Source: Desulfobacterales bacterium
Lineage (GTDB): Bacteria; Desulfobacterota; Desulfobacteria; Desulfobacterales; JAFDDL01
Assembly (NCBI GenBank): GCA_040235505.1
Contig: JBECKW010000136.1
Coordinates: forward strand, 8,136-72,135
Direction: 5' to 3'
DNA: 64,000 nucleotides
Below the pieces are notes generated by a model. The model saw only the letters and a list, made by a program, of their open reading frames with translations. It made no database searches and was not told the origin of the DNA. This document shows, one piece after another, positions 49,592-59,937 of this stretch (positions are counted from its first letter, which is position 1; the number at the start of each line of letters is the position of its first letter). The translations under genes and the position numbers were made by a program.

Positions 49592-51214
49592 ATGGCGGAT
49601 GATAATACAACTGAAATGGGTGCCACTGAATTTATTAAACAGCTAAAAAAAACCTTTGAAAGTCTACCATACGAAATCCCCATATTCCTTTTCACCAAGC
49701 AAAATGCTGACGATATTTTTTCAACAAGCAGCCGTCAGATGATTCGTGCATTCAGGGAGCTGACGGATAAAATCCCCTTCCGGGAATATTCACTCGACTC
49801 CGAAGAAGCCCGTAAATGGAATGTCAATCGTGCCCCTACATTGCTGATTGCCCCTGAAAAATACAACATCCGATGGTTGGGCGCCCCCATGGGGGAGGAG
49901 GGAAGAACCCTTCTGGAAACGATCCTCCTGGTGGGAATGGGACGCAGCAACCTGAACGAACAGGCTGTAAAGGTACTCAAAAAAATCGACAGTCCGCGTC
50001 AGATCCGGGTGTTCGTCAGCCCGTCTTGCCCCTATTGCCCACAGGAAGCCGTCAACGCCGTCAAAACCGCCATTGAACTTCCGGAGTTCGTTTCCGTTGA
50101 ATTGGTGGATATTCAATGCAATCCTGATCTTGCCGAAAAATATTCCGCCCAGAGCGTTCCCCAGGCCTATGCAAATGATATTCTGATAGGCCGTGGTGCA
50201 CGGTCGGAGGAACTTTTTTCCCTGTCTCTTCAAAAGCTTGAACCGGCGACCCTTTTTATACCGGATAATGATGCGGAACTTGTGGAGACAGACCTTTTGA
50301 TTGTCGGTGGCGGTCCGGCCGGTCTCTCGGCCGGCATTTACGCTCAAAGAAGCGGCTTGAATGCCGTTGTCGTGGAAAAAGGAGCCCTTGGGGGTCAGGT
50401 GGCAACAACGCCGGTGGTGGAAAATTATCCGGGTTTCACCCAGGTGGGAGGGAAGACTCTTGTGGACATTATGGTCAGCCATGCACTTGAGTATGTTCCC
50501 ATTTTTCAGGGGGAAGAGGTTATTTCCATAGAGAAAGGATCCCCCATGATCATTAAAACCAGCCGGCGGATATTTCATGCAAAATCTGTATTGATCGCAA
50601 CGGGCGCGCAGCACAGGTTATTAAATACTCCCGGTGAAAAACGCCTTTCCGGAAGTGGGGTCAGTTATTGTGCCACCTGTGACGGCCCGCTTTTCAGCAA
50701 TAAATCCGTCATTATTGTCGGTGGTGGAAACAGCGCGGTCACTGAGGCGCTTCACCTGAAAAATATGGGGGTAAATGTTACGCTGGTCCATCGCCGGGAC
50801 GCTCTCAGGGCACAGGAATATCTTGAAAAAATATTCAAGGACAGCGGCATAGCGGTCATGTGGAATACCGAAGTCAAGGAGATCCGTGGCAATAAAAAAG
50901 TGGAATCCGTGTTGCTTGAAAACAATAAGACCGGGAAAATTCAGGAGCTTGCGATCGACGGTGTCTTTGTTTCCATCGGCTATGAACCTTCCGTTTCCGT
51001 GGCTGAAAAAATCGGTGTCGCCCTGACCGACGATGGTTATATCCGGCACGACGGTAACCATCGTACCAATGTTCCCGGCATCTATTCAGCCGGAGACGTG
51101 GAAGGCGGCTACAAGCAAATCGTCACCGCCACCGGCCAAGGCGCCGCCGCCGCCCTGGCCATCTTTGAAGATATGATCCATCCCTACTGGCTTGAAACAG
51201 AAAAAACTGTTTAG
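49592..51214 (+). CDS. Glutaredoxin/PDO-like thioredoxin-fold domain fused to a thioredoxin-reductase-like flavoprotein (AhpF-like architecture)
   Basis: N-terminal Trx fold with CPYC (SPSCPYCPQ). C-terminal GGGPAG (FAD), the redox-active CATCDG, GGGNSA (NAD(P)H) and GDV motifs. Confidence 0.85.
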   Translation: MADDNTTEMGATEFIKQLKKTFESLPYEIPIFLFTKQNADDIFSTSSRQMIRAFRELTDKIPFREYSLDSEEARKWNVNRAPTLLIAPEKYNIRWLGAPMGEEGRTLLETILLVGMGRSNLNEQAVKVLKKIDSPRQIRVFVSPSCPYCPQEAVNAVKTAIELPEFVSVELVDIQCNPDLAEKYSAQSVPQAYANDILIGRGARSEELFSLSLQKLEPATLFIPDNDAELVETDLLIVGGGPAGLSAGIYAQRSGLNAVVVEKGALGGQVATTPVVENYPGFTQVGGKTLVDIMVSHALEYVPIFQGEEVISIEKGSPMIIKTSRRIFHAKSVLIATGAQHRLLNTPGEKRLSGSGVSYCATCDGPLFSNKSVIIVGGGNSAVTEALHLKNMGVNVTLVHRRDALRAQEYLEKIFKDSGIAVMWNTEVKEIRGNKKVESVLLENNKTGKIQELAIDGVFVSIGYEPSVSVAEKIGVALTDDGYIRHDGNHRTNVPGIYSAGDVEGGYKQIVTATGQGAAAALAIFEDMIHPYWLETEKTV

Positions 51215-51215
51215 A

Positions 51216-51641
51216 TTATTTTCGGGTCAGCTGTTGGTAGGCTTCCTGGATTTCCTTGAATCGTTTTTCCGCAAGGGCCCTGAATTCTTCACCGAGGTGG
51301 GCAACTTTGTCGGGGTGATACTGGCTGGCAAGATGCCGGTAGGCCGTTTTGATTTCCCCAGGTGTTGCACGTGGCGTAACGCCTAATATTTTATAAGGAT
51401 CTAATTTGCCGGAGCCCTGGCGGGAACTATCTGATGAAGTCCCGTCATTGGCCTGATGCCCGCCGGTATGATGTGCCTGATAGTCCCCCGAAGCTTGTTT
51501 CAAGCGTTTAAGAACCTGCCATAAAATAATCAGGACAGCAATGTCATCCAACCATCCCCATCCGGCAATATAATCCGGTAAAAAATCATATGGGGAGAGA
51601 ATGTAAAGGAGCGCTGCGAGAATTATGATATATTTCCACAT
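51216..51641 (-). CDS. Membrane DUF1232(YkvA)-like domain fused to a C-terminal J domain
   Basis: N-terminus ILSPYDFLPDYIAGWGWLDDIAV is a YkvA/DUF1232 signature. C-terminus DPYKILGV...YRHLASQYHPDK is a J domain with HPD. Confidence 0.8.
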   Translation of the reverse strand: MWKYIIILAALLYILSPYDFLPDYIAGWGWLDDIAVLIILWQVLKRLKQASGDYQAHHTGGHQANDGTSSDSSRQGSGKLDPYKILGVTPRATPGEIKTAYRHLASQYHPDKVAHLGEEFRALAEKRFKEIQEAYQQLTRK

Positions 51642-51663
51642 TCAAGCCTTTATACCCCGCGGG

Positions 51664-51924
51664 TCATCGATATCGGGAGCATGAGACGCTGTCACAGAGA
51701 ATCGAATGGATTTTATCCAATATCTCGCAGGCATCATCACATCCGGGAAACTCCTTGCGTTGAGCGCAGCCCCTGCATGGACTTTTAATCAAGTACCCGA
51801 TATCGAAATCAAATCTGTGATTCGGACGCCGGGAGACGAATTGTTTTCGAGTGGCCGACTCACCCTGATCAGCAGCACCGGCGGCTTCGATATTTTCTGG
51901 ATAATCTCTAAAACTGGAAGTCAT
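51664..51924 (-). CDS. Small cysteine-rich hypothetical protein (86 aa)
   Basis: Purine-rich RBS (GGAAGGTGGAAGA) just upstream of the ATG, and it ends 22 nt upstream of the J-domain gene in the same orientation. It has a CxxC...C...C pattern (CRGCAQRKEFPGCDDAC). I recognise no family. Confidence 0.4.
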   Translation of the reverse strand: MTSSFRDYPENIEAAGAADQGESATRKQFVSRRPNHRFDFDIGYLIKSPCRGCAQRKEFPGCDDACEILDKIHSILCDSVSCSRYR

Positions 51925-52174
51925 AAAAATCTTCTTCCACCTTCCTCACGTTTATTTGTTTCTTTAGGCCATGATTTATATCACGGCATTGTTTTCAAGG
52001 CAAAGGGTAAAAAAGAGCGGATTAGACATAATCACACGGCCCCCCAAAATGAGGCCTTGACAGGTCTGATTTAACTTCTTAGTTTGCGGACCTGATTAAA
52101 GCACGTCAATGCCGCTTTGAACCTGCCCCCACGGTATTTTTGCGGGGTAATTGGCTGGTATATGGAGTTATTAT

Positions 52175-52921
52175 ATGGAAAAAAAGAACGTTTCCCGCCG
52201 TACATTTTGGTGGACCGGTTTTGTTGTGCTGTTGGCTGTGGTCGTCATGGACCTTGCGCTCTGGTACGGGCTTTTTACGCTTGAAAATGTCATCGATCCT
52301 CTCATGACGGCCGCTTCCGGCGTTCCGGAAGCAACCGCGGTGATTACGACCTATCATTCTTTGGAACAGTATTTTCTGCTTTTTGCAATGCCGGGTTCAT
52401 TCCTGCTGTTTCTTCTGGTCTTCGGCGCCGTTCGCTGGGTGTATCGACCCCGACGACTCCCGGAAACTCCAACCGCCTGGGATACCGACCGGTTCGATGC
52501 AACGAAATCCGCCAAAGCACAGGCTGAGATAAAGGCAAGGGAACAGCGACTGTTCCTGCATCTTATTTCGGTTCTGCAGCGGGAAGGAAGATTGATCGAC
52601 TTTTTTGCGGAAGACCTTGACGGCTATGAAGATTCGCAAATCGGCGCTGCCGTTCGGGAAATTCATGCCACATGCCGACGGGTGGTTGAAAAAAACCTGT
52701 CTCTCAAACCGGTGATTCATCATATGGAAGGCGAAACGGTCACCGTAAGCTCCGGATTCGATCCGGGAACCATCAAGCTTGTGGGAAATGTTGTCGGTGA
52801 GCCGCCATTTTCAGGGGTTCTCAGACATCGTGGATGGCAGGCCGGAAAGTTGGAAATGCCGACGTTTTCAGGGAACCAGGAGCCCGGAATCATTGCGCCT
52901 GCGGAAGTGGAACTCAAGTAG
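52175..52921 (+). CDS. DUF2760-like protein (N-terminal TM helices; family typically adjacent to atypical Hsp70 genes)
   Basis: Two N-terminal TM segments, then RLFLHLISVLQREGRLIDFFAEDLDGYEDSQIGAAVREIH, which I recognise as the DUF2760 core. Start set at MEKKNV (52175); the ORF-track start at 52151 is a TTG. Confidence 0.65.
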   Translation: MEKKNVSRRTFWWTGFVVLLAVVVMDLALWYGLFTLENVIDPLMTAASGVPEATAVITTYHSLEQYFLLFAMPGSFLLFLLVFGAVRWVYRPRRLPETPTAWDTDRFDATKSAKAQAEIKAREQRLFLHLISVLQREGRLIDFFAEDLDGYEDSQIGAAVREIHATCRRVVEKNLSLKPVIHHMEGETVTVSSGFDPGTIKLVGNVVGEPPFSGVLRHRGWQAGKLEMPTFSGNQEPGIIAPAEVELK

Positions 52922-52952
52922 ACGGTAAAGGTCAAAAAAAGGAATAAAGCCC

Positions 52953-55742
52953 GTGAGTACCGACTACCGATATATCGTCGGAATCGATCTTGGAACGACA
53001 AACTGCGCTGTTTCCTATGTCGACCTGAAAGATAGGGAGGTACCGGAGAAAAAGGGTGAAAAACCCATCATCCACAGCTTCAGGATCCCACAACTCACCG
53101 GTCCGGGAGAGATAACCCGGGAACCGATGTTGCCTTCTTTTCTCTATTTGACGGGTGACTATGAGCTTGCCAGGGAATCGGTTGCACTTCCATGGCCCAC
53201 AAGTCACGATTATGTCTCCGGCATTTATGCCAGGAATCACGGCGCCAAGGTTCCCACTCGTCTGGTCTCTTCTGCAAAAAGCTGGCTCTGCCATGGAGGT
53301 GTGGACCGGCGTGCCAGAATTCTTCCCTGGGGCTCAGAAGAGTCGGTGGGAAAAGTTTCTCCGGTGCAGGCCTCCTCAGCTTACCTTACCCACATTCGGC
53401 AGGCATGGAACCATGCCCATTCCGGTGACCCCGATCTTTCCATTGAGCGACAGATGGTGATCATTACCGTTCCGGCATCTTTCGACGAGGTGGCAAGGGA
53501 CCTGACGATTGAAGCCGCCAACCTTGCAGGAATGGGGCATGTGACACTCATCGAAGAACCGCTGGCGGCTTTTTACAGCTGGCTCATTCGTAACGAAAGC
53601 AACTGGCAGTCCCATGTGAAGCCCGGCCAGCTCGTGCTGGTCTGTGATGTGGGCGGGGGGACAACGGATTTCACCCTGATTACCCTCAGACAGACAAAGG
53701 GGACTCCGCGTTTCGAAAGATTGGCGGTAGGGGACCATCTGATCCTCGGTGGAGACAATATGGATCTTGCCCTGGCCAGGGGACTCGAGGGAGAATTCGT
53801 AAAACGCAATGTTTCCCTGACCGGCGACCGGTACAAAATGCTTTGCCACCAATGTCGAGAAGCCAAAGAAGCGATTTTAAGCGGTTCGAAGGAAATGGCC
53901 ACCGTCACCCTGATGGGAGAAGGAAGCCGCCTTATTGCCGGAACTGTTCGGGCGGAATTATCCAGATCCGATGTCGAACAGACAGTACTGGAGGCATTTT
54001 TTCCGCTGGTAGCGCCCGACACTCGCCGGCGGCAAACGGAAGGGAAGGAGACCGGTGAATTCGGACTCCCCTATGAATCGGAAACAGCCGTCACCCGTCA
54101 CCTTGGAAAATTTCTCAGGCGACATCAGTCAGAAGTCCGGACACTTATCGGCAAAGAGCAAGCCGTTCCGGATTTTATCCTGTTTAACGGCGGGGCCTTG
54201 AAATCCCGGTTGATACAAGAGCGAGTCCGTGAAGCAGTCCGGTACTGGTTCGGTCTTTCCGATGTCAGCCAGCCGAAGGTTCTCGAAAATCCGAATCAGG
54301 ATCTTGCCGTCTCACTCGGAGCTTCCTATTACGGCCTGGTGAAGACCGGTGTCGGCGTTCGGGTCGGGAGCGGGAGTCCGAGGGCTTATTACCTTGGCGT
54401 ATCCAGGGCATCGAATGGGGAGACGACAGCGGCGGAGGCCGTCTGTCTTGTGGAACGAGGCCTCGACGAAGGATCGGGTATCGAGTTGAAGGACATGAAC
54501 ATGCAGGTGCTTGCCAATCAACCGGTGCAGTTTGATGTCTACAGTTCCAGTTACAGATCCGGTGACCGTTGCGGGGACATTATCCCCATAGACAATTCAT
54601 TTACCAGACTTCCACCGATTCAAACCGTCATCGAGTTCGGTAAAAAGGAACAGCCGACCAACCTGCCCGTAAAACTGGAGGGGCAATATACGGAAATGGG
54701 GACCCTTTCGCTATGGTGCCGAAGCGACGTCAGTCCCCATCGATGGCTGCTTCAGTTCCAGCTAAGGGACAGTTCAGCGCCTGCGGTGGCAACGGATCGG
54801 ACAATCCTTGAGGCATCGGATATCCAGATGGCCCTTGAAATTGTCAAAACCAGATTTTCGAATGTTTCCGATCGAAAAGGCCTGGCCGCCCTCATGAAAA
54901 ACATCGCCGGACGGCTGGATTTAAAAAAGGAACAATGGCCTTTGACGTTCATCCGGCGTATTTCGGACGAACTGCTCGAACTCTCTCCCGGGTCAAAACG
55001 AATTCACGAAGCCGAAAGCAGATGGATGAACCTCATGGGGTATTGCCTGAGGCCCGGAAAAGGCGACGGATTTGACCCGCATCGCATCAAACGCCTGTGG
55101 AAGCTGTATAAGCCGGGCCCTTCCAACCCCAACAATCCCCAAGTTCGATCCGAATGGTGGATTTTATGGCGACGCGTCGCAGCGGGTCTTGGACCGGGCC
55201 ATCAGCGCCAGATCAGTCAGGATTTAAGCAGCATACTGATCCCCGGAAAAGGGAAAAAAAAGTCGATGCCCGATCAGGAACGGCTGGAAATCTGGATGCT
55301 TGTTGCCAATCTCGAACAGCTTCTTTCAAAAGACAAGATACGATGGGGACGACAGCTGCTATCCGAAATGACCCACCCGAACATCAACCCCCAATATCTC
55401 TGGGTACTTTCAAGGATCGGCGCAAGGGAGCTTCTTTACGGTTCCGCCGACCGGGTGGTTGCACCGGATGAAGCCTTTTCATGGTGCCAACAGGTTATGC
55501 AGATTCGCTGGAAAAATCCGAAATACGCCCTTTCGGCCGTGTCCTTGATGGCACGAAAAACCGGGGACAGGGTTCGCGATTTAAAGCAGCCGCAACGGGA
55601 TGAAGTCATGGGTTGGATGTCAACTTTCAAGGATGCCGCTCTCCACATGAAACCGGTGGAGCTTGTTGTCCCGATGGGAGAGGAAGAAGAGCGCAACGTG
55701 TTCGGAGAAGAACTGCCCACCGGACTCGTGCTTCATGAGTAA
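52953..55742 (+). CDS. Atypical Hsp70-family ATPase with a ~500-aa non-canonical C-terminal region
   Basis: Actin-fold/Hsp70 NBD motifs IVGIDLGTTNCAV, ITVPASFDE, VCDVGGGTTDFTLI and LFNGGALKS. I saw no DnaK-like SBD motifs in residues ~430-929. GTG start. Confidence 0.85.
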   Translation: MSTDYRYIVGIDLGTTNCAVSYVDLKDREVPEKKGEKPIIHSFRIPQLTGPGEITREPMLPSFLYLTGDYELARESVALPWPTSHDYVSGIYARNHGAKVPTRLVSSAKSWLCHGGVDRRARILPWGSEESVGKVSPVQASSAYLTHIRQAWNHAHSGDPDLSIERQMVIITVPASFDEVARDLTIEAANLAGMGHVTLIEEPLAAFYSWLIRNESNWQSHVKPGQLVLVCDVGGGTTDFTLITLRQTKGTPRFERLAVGDHLILGGDNMDLALARGLEGEFVKRNVSLTGDRYKMLCHQCREAKEAILSGSKEMATVTLMGEGSRLIAGTVRAELSRSDVEQTVLEAFFPLVAPDTRRRQTEGKETGEFGLPYESETAVTRHLGKFLRRHQSEVRTLIGKEQAVPDFILFNGGALKSRLIQERVREAVRYWFGLSDVSQPKVLENPNQDLAVSLGASYYGLVKTGVGVRVGSGSPRAYYLGVSRASNGETTAAEAVCLVERGLDEGSGIELKDMNMQVLANQPVQFDVYSSSYRSGDRCGDIIPIDNSFTRLPPIQTVIEFGKKEQPTNLPVKLEGQYTEMGTLSLWCRSDVSPHRWLLQFQLRDSSAPAVATDRTILEASDIQMALEIVKTRFSNVSDRKGLAALMKNIAGRLDLKKEQWPLTFIRRISDELLELSPGSKRIHEAESRWMNLMGYCLRPGKGDGFDPHRIKRLWKLYKPGPSNPNNPQVRSEWWILWRRVAAGLGPGHQRQISQDLSSILIPGKGKKKSMPDQERLEIWMLVANLEQLLSKDKIRWGRQLLSEMTHPNINPQYLWVLSRIGARELLYGSADRVVAPDEAFSWCQQVMQIRWKNPKYALSAVSLMARKTGDRVRDLKQPQRDEVMGWMSTFKDAALHMKPVELVVPMGEEEERNVFGEELPTGLVLHE

Positions 55743-55914
55743 GGGCTTCTGGCTGTAATAACATTCATACAGCCATTCTCTTCATATCAACGTGCCAACC
55801 CCATGCCTGTCTTTACGGTTTTCGGCTTTTATGCTATGGATTTTAGTGATTTTTTTCAATTGAGTGGAATGCACAAATCAGTTCTGCTCCTGAACAATAT
55901 GGGAAAAGATTTGC

Positions 55915-56397
55915 ATGTACGTGGGAATGGGATATGACGTTCACAGATTCGCAGGAGGAAGGCCTCTAATCCTGGGGGGGGTTTCCATTCCCTACGATGT
56001 GGGGCTCATGGGGCATTCGGATGCGGATGTCCTGGCCCATGCCGTTTGCGACGCGCTTTTGGGGGCAGCCGGCCTGGGGGATATCGGTCTTCATTTTCCC
56101 GACACGGACCAGAGATTCAAGAACATCAGCAGCCTGCTGCTTCTGAAAATGGTCGCGGATATGCTGGATGAAAATAATTTTTCGGTTGTAAACATCGATG
56201 CCACGATTCTTGCCCAGCAGCCAAAGATAGCGCCCTATCGCATGGAGATGCAGAAGAACATCGCCGATGCCGTCAGGCTCTCTGGCGAAAGAGTGAATGT
56301 CAAAGCGACCACCACCGAAGGCCTCGGCAGCATCGGAAGGTCTGAAGGCATTGGGGCAATGTGCATCGCCATGATCGAACGAAAGCCGAAAGAATAA
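55915..56397 (+). CDS. ispF: 2-C-methyl-D-erythritol 2,4-cyclodiphosphate synthase
   Basis: GMGYDVHRF, GHSDADVLAHA and ATTTEGLG motifs. 160 aa. Confidence 0.93.
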   Translation: MYVGMGYDVHRFAGGRPLILGGVSIPYDVGLMGHSDADVLAHAVCDALLGAAGLGDIGLHFPDTDQRFKNISSLLLLKMVADMLDENNFSVVNIDATILAQQPKIAPYRMEMQKNIADAVRLSGERVNVKATTTEGLGSIGRSEGIGAMCIAMIERKPKE

Positions 56398-56431
56398 AAC
56401 ATCATCAAAAAATACAGGCGAGGTAGAAGGA

Positions 56432-57874
56432 ATGCCGATTCGTATTTACAATTCGTTGACAAAGAAAAAGGAAATCTTTGAATCCCTCGAGCCGGGGAAA
56501 GTCACCATGTATGTCTGCGGGCCCACGGTTTACGACAGCTGCCACATCGGACATGGACGTTCCGCAGTGGTTTTCGATGTGATTGGACGCTATCTTGAGT
56601 CCAAGGGGTATGTCATCACCTATGTCCGAAACTTCACGGATGTGGACGATAAAATTATTCGACGCGCACAGGAAATGAATACCGATTGCGCCACGATTTC
56701 GGAAAAATACATTAAAGAATTCTACGAGGATATGGATGCCCTGTTTGTACGACGGGCCACCATCGAGCCGAAAGCCACGGAACACATCGATGCCATTCTT
56801 CGCATCATCGGTACCCTGGTGGAAAAGGGGGTTGCTTACGAAATCGATGGGGATGTCTATTTTTCCGTCGAATCATTTGAAGGTTACGGCAAACTATCCG
56901 GGAGAAAACTCGAGGACATGGAAGCGGGGGCCCGGGTGGATGTGGATGAAAGGAAGAAGAATCCCTTCGATTTTGCCCTGTGGAAAGGGGCCAAACCCGG
57001 AGAACCCTCCTGGGATAGCCCTTGGGGAAAAGGGCGACCCGGCTGGCATATTGAATGCTCTGGAATGAGTTCCCAGTACCTCGGAAAAACATTCGATATC
57101 CATGGCGGCGGAAAAGATCTGATTTTCCCCCACCATGAAAACGAGATCGCGCAATCCGAAGCGGCCTTTGGCGTCCAGTTTGTCCGGTACTGGGTCCACA
57201 ACGGATTTGTAAATATCAATCACGAAAAAATGTCCAAGTCCCTGGGGAATTTTCTGCTGATCCGGGATATTTTAAAGACGTATCACCCCGAAGCGGTTCG
57301 CCTGTTTCTTCTCTCAAGCCACTATCGAAGCCCTGTGGACTTTACACCTCAGGCCATGGAGGAAGCGGAAACCGCCCTGGAAAAGATATATGGCGTAAAA
57401 GCACGTATGGAATCGGTCAATGGTGATTCCCGCACAGGTGAGAATGGCGCAAGCACCGGCGATTATTGGCATCGTTTTCAAAATGCCATGGACGATGACT
57501 TCAACACGGCACAGGGCATCGGTATTCTTTTTGAAATGGTTCGAAACGTCAATCGCGCGCTCGATGAATCCGATGAAAATCTACCCCCGGAGAAAATTTC
57601 GGAAATCCGGTCCGCTTATTCCGATCTTTCGGAAATGGGAGTCATCCTCGGTATATTGAATACAGATGCGGAGACCTATTTCCAAAGAAAAAAGGAACGC
57701 GGTCTTCAGGATGCCTCCGTCGATGCCGCCTGGGTGGAGCAGATGATTCTGGAACGCAAAGAGGCCCGAAAGGCCAAAAACTGGAAAAGAGCCGATGAAA
57801 TACGCGATGAACTCGTAAGGATGAATATCCTGCTGGAGGACCGTCCGGAAGGAACCATCTGGAAGATTGGTTGA
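56432..57874 (+). CDS. cysS: Cysteine--tRNA ligase
   Basis: HIGH-type motif [13 protein letters not shown] present, GWHIECS zinc site. 480 aa. Confidence 0.95.
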   Translation: MPIRIYNSLTKKKEIFESLEPGKVTMYVCGPTVYDSCHIGHGRSAVVFDVIGRYLESKGYVITYVRNFTDVDDKIIRRAQEMNTDCATISEKYIKEFYEDMDALFVRRATIEPKATEHIDAILRIIGTLVEKGVAYEIDGDVYFSVESFEGYGKLSGRKLEDMEAGARVDVDERKKNPFDFALWKGAKPGEPSWDSPWGKGRPGWHIECSGMSSQYLGKTFDIHGGGKDLIFPHHENEIAQSEAAFGVQFVRYWVHNGFVNINHEKMSKSLGNFLLIRDILKTYHPEAVRLFLLSSHYRSPVDFTPQAMEEAETALEKIYGVKARMESVNGDSRTGENGASTGDYWHRFQNAMDDDFNTAQGIGILFEMVRNVNRALDESDENLPPEKISEIRSAYSDLSEMGVILGILNTDAETYFQRKKERGLQDASVDAAWVEQMILERKEARKAKNWKRADEIRDELVRMNILLEDRPEGTIWKIG

Positions 57875-57891
57875 GCCTTTTCACGGGGCAC

Positions 57892-59886
57892 ATGACAGTG
57901 TTTAAAATCGTCTCACAGTTAACGCCAAAGGGCGACCAGCCTCGTGCCATAGAGATGCTGACGGATCGGATTGCAGGGGGGGATCCCCATACGGTTTTGC
58001 TGGGGGTGACGGGTTCCGGAAAAACCTTTACCATGGCACATGTGATCGAACGCCTTGGACGGCCCGTTCTTGTCATCGCGCCGAATAAAACCCTGGCTGC
58101 CCAGCTTTATGGCGAATTCAAGGGCCTTTTCCCGGAAAACGCCGTTGAATATTTCGTCAGCTATTATGACTATTACCAACCCGAAGCCTATCTTCCCACC
58201 ACCGATACGTACATCCAAAAAGATTCCTCCATCAATGAAATGATCGACAAACTGCGCCACAGCGCCACCCGATCGGTGCTGACACGGCGGGATGTCATTG
58301 TGGTGGCCAGTGTCTCCTGTATCTACGGCATCGGCGCTCCGGAAGACTATCTGGCCATGCGGCTTCTTCTGAAAACCGACATGGAACTGTCGCGGGACCG
58401 GATGCTCTACCATCTGGTGGAAATGCATTATGAGCGTAACGACTATGACTTTCATCGGGGCGCCTTCAGGGTCAGGGGGGATCGCGTGGAAATCTTTCCG
58501 GCCTATGAAGACGAAATGGCGCTTCGGGTGGATTTTTTCGGTGACCAGATCGAACAGATTTCGGAAATAGATCCTCTGCGGGGAGTCACACGCCGAATTC
58601 TCGAGGAAGCCTCCCTGTTTCCGGCAAGCCATTATGTGGCGAGCACGACAACGCTGAAACAGGCGGTGGAAACGATCAAAACCGAACTGAAGTCCAGAAT
58701 CGATCACTTTCGAAGAGAAAACAAACTGATAGAAGCACAGCGCATCGAAGAGCGGACAAACTTTGATTTGGAGATGATGCACGAACTGGGATACTGTACC
58801 GGTATCGAAAACTATTCCCGCCATTTGACCGGCCGCAGTGCAGGACATCCGCCTCCGACCCTGCTGGACTATTTTCCGGATGATTTTATCGTCTTCATGG
58901 ATGAAAGCCATATCAGTGTTCCCCAGGTTCGGGCCATGTATCGGGGGGATCGGTCCAGAAAGACAACCCTGGTGGAGTACGGTTTTCGACTGCCGTCGGC
59001 ACTGGACAACCGGCCTTTGAAGTTTGAGGAATTTGAAAGCAGGGTTCACCAGGTTGTCTATGTTTCCGCAACACCGGCCGAGTATGAACTTTCAAAAACA
59101 AAATCCCTTCCGGTCGAGCAGATTGTGAGGCCCACCGGTCTTTTGGATCCGGAACTGGAGGTTCGGGGCGCGGAAAACCAGGTAGACGATCTGTACACTG
59201 AAATTGTTTCCACGATCGAAAAAAAGAATCGCGTTCTGGTAACAACCCTTACCAAACGTATGGCAGAAGACTTGACGGAATATTTCGTCGGTCTGGGGAT
59301 TCAAGTCCGATATCTTCATGCCGATATAAGTACGCTAGAACGCATGGAAATCATCAGGGATTTGAGGGCGGGAGAATTTGATGTCCTGGTTGGAATCAAT
59401 CTTCTCCGGGAAGGTTTGGATATACCGGAAGTATCCCTGGTGGCGATTCTGGACGCCGACAAGGAGGGGTTTCTCAGATCTGCGCGTTCTCTGGTGCAGA
59501 CATTCGGCCGAGCGGCCAGGAATGTAAACGGAAAGGTTGTTCTTTATGCCGACAAAATAACATCCGCCATGCAGACGGCCATGGAAGAAACCCGACGCCG
59601 TCAGGAAATACAAAAAGTCTACAACAGGGAACACAATATCACTCCGACCACCATTCGGAAGGATATCGCCACCGGCTTTGAATCCCTGTATGCGGTTGGG
59701 CCTTCTCCTGAAAGCAGGATTTCCGAAACTGTTGAAAGTTATGGCGCTCCGGAAAAGATAGAGGAGGCCGTCAAGGATCTTGAGGCCAAAATGATGGAGG
59801 CCGCCCGGGACCTTAGGTTCGAGGAAGCCGCCGGTTTGAGGGATCGTATCAATGCACTGAAAAAACGTATGGTGTTTGAAGGCTGA
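57892..59886 (+). CDS. uvrB: Excinuclease ABC subunit B
   Basis: [23 protein letters not shown], and the C-terminal UVR domain [11 protein letters not shown]. Start set at the ATG MTVFKI; the ORF-track start at 57871 is a TTG. Confidence 0.95.
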   Translation: MTVFKIVSQLTPKGDQPRAIEMLTDRIAGGDPHTVLLGVTGSGKTFTMAHVIERLGRPVLVIAPNKTLAAQLYGEFKGLFPENAVEYFVSYYDYYQPEAYLPTTDTYIQKDSSINEMIDKLRHSATRSVLTRRDVIVVASVSCIYGIGAPEDYLAMRLLLKTDMELSRDRMLYHLVEMHYERNDYDFHRGAFRVRGDRVEIFPAYEDEMALRVDFFGDQIEQISEIDPLRGVTRRILEEASLFPASHYVASTTTLKQAVETIKTELKSRIDHFRRENKLIEAQRIEERTNFDLEMMHELGYCTGIENYSRHLTGRSAGHPPPTLLDYFPDDFIVFMDESHISVPQVRAMYRGDRSRKTTLVEYGFRLPSALDNRPLKFEEFESRVHQVVYVSATPAEYELSKTKSLPVEQIVRPTGLLDPELEVRGAENQVDDLYTEIVSTIEKKNRVLVTTLTKRMAEDLTEYFVGLGIQVRYLHADISTLERMEIIRDLRAGEFDVLVGINLLREGLDIPEVSLVAILDADKEGFLRSARSLVQTFGRAARNVNGKVVLYADKITSAMQTAMEETRRRQEIQKVYNREHNITPTTIRKDIATGFESLYAVGPSPESRISETVESYGAPEKIEEAVKDLEAKMMEAARDLRFEEAAGLRDRINALKKRMVFEG

Positions 59887-59937
59887 GGGCTTTTCTATGG
59901 ATGCCTTTCATTTTTCATGATCAGCGGTGATTGACAC

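Noticed and set aside
55751-55774. Hairpin GGCTGTA-ataacattca-TACAGCC after the Hsp70-like gene, as a terminator
   Set aside because: The stem is only 7 bp and the downstream sequence (ATTCTCTTC) is not a convincing U-tract. It is left uncalled.
57919-59049. 376-aa ORF on the minus strand
   Set aside because: It is entirely antisense to uvrB, whose translation has unmistakable helicase and UvrB motifs. The antisense product is low-complexity with no recognisable motif. The same reasoning rejects the long antisense ORFs at 31328-32338 (opposite ahcY), 49790-50614 (opposite the TrxR-like gene), 42660-43286 (opposite rpoD), 38187-38759 (opposite hisB), 10689-11237 and 11212-11796.
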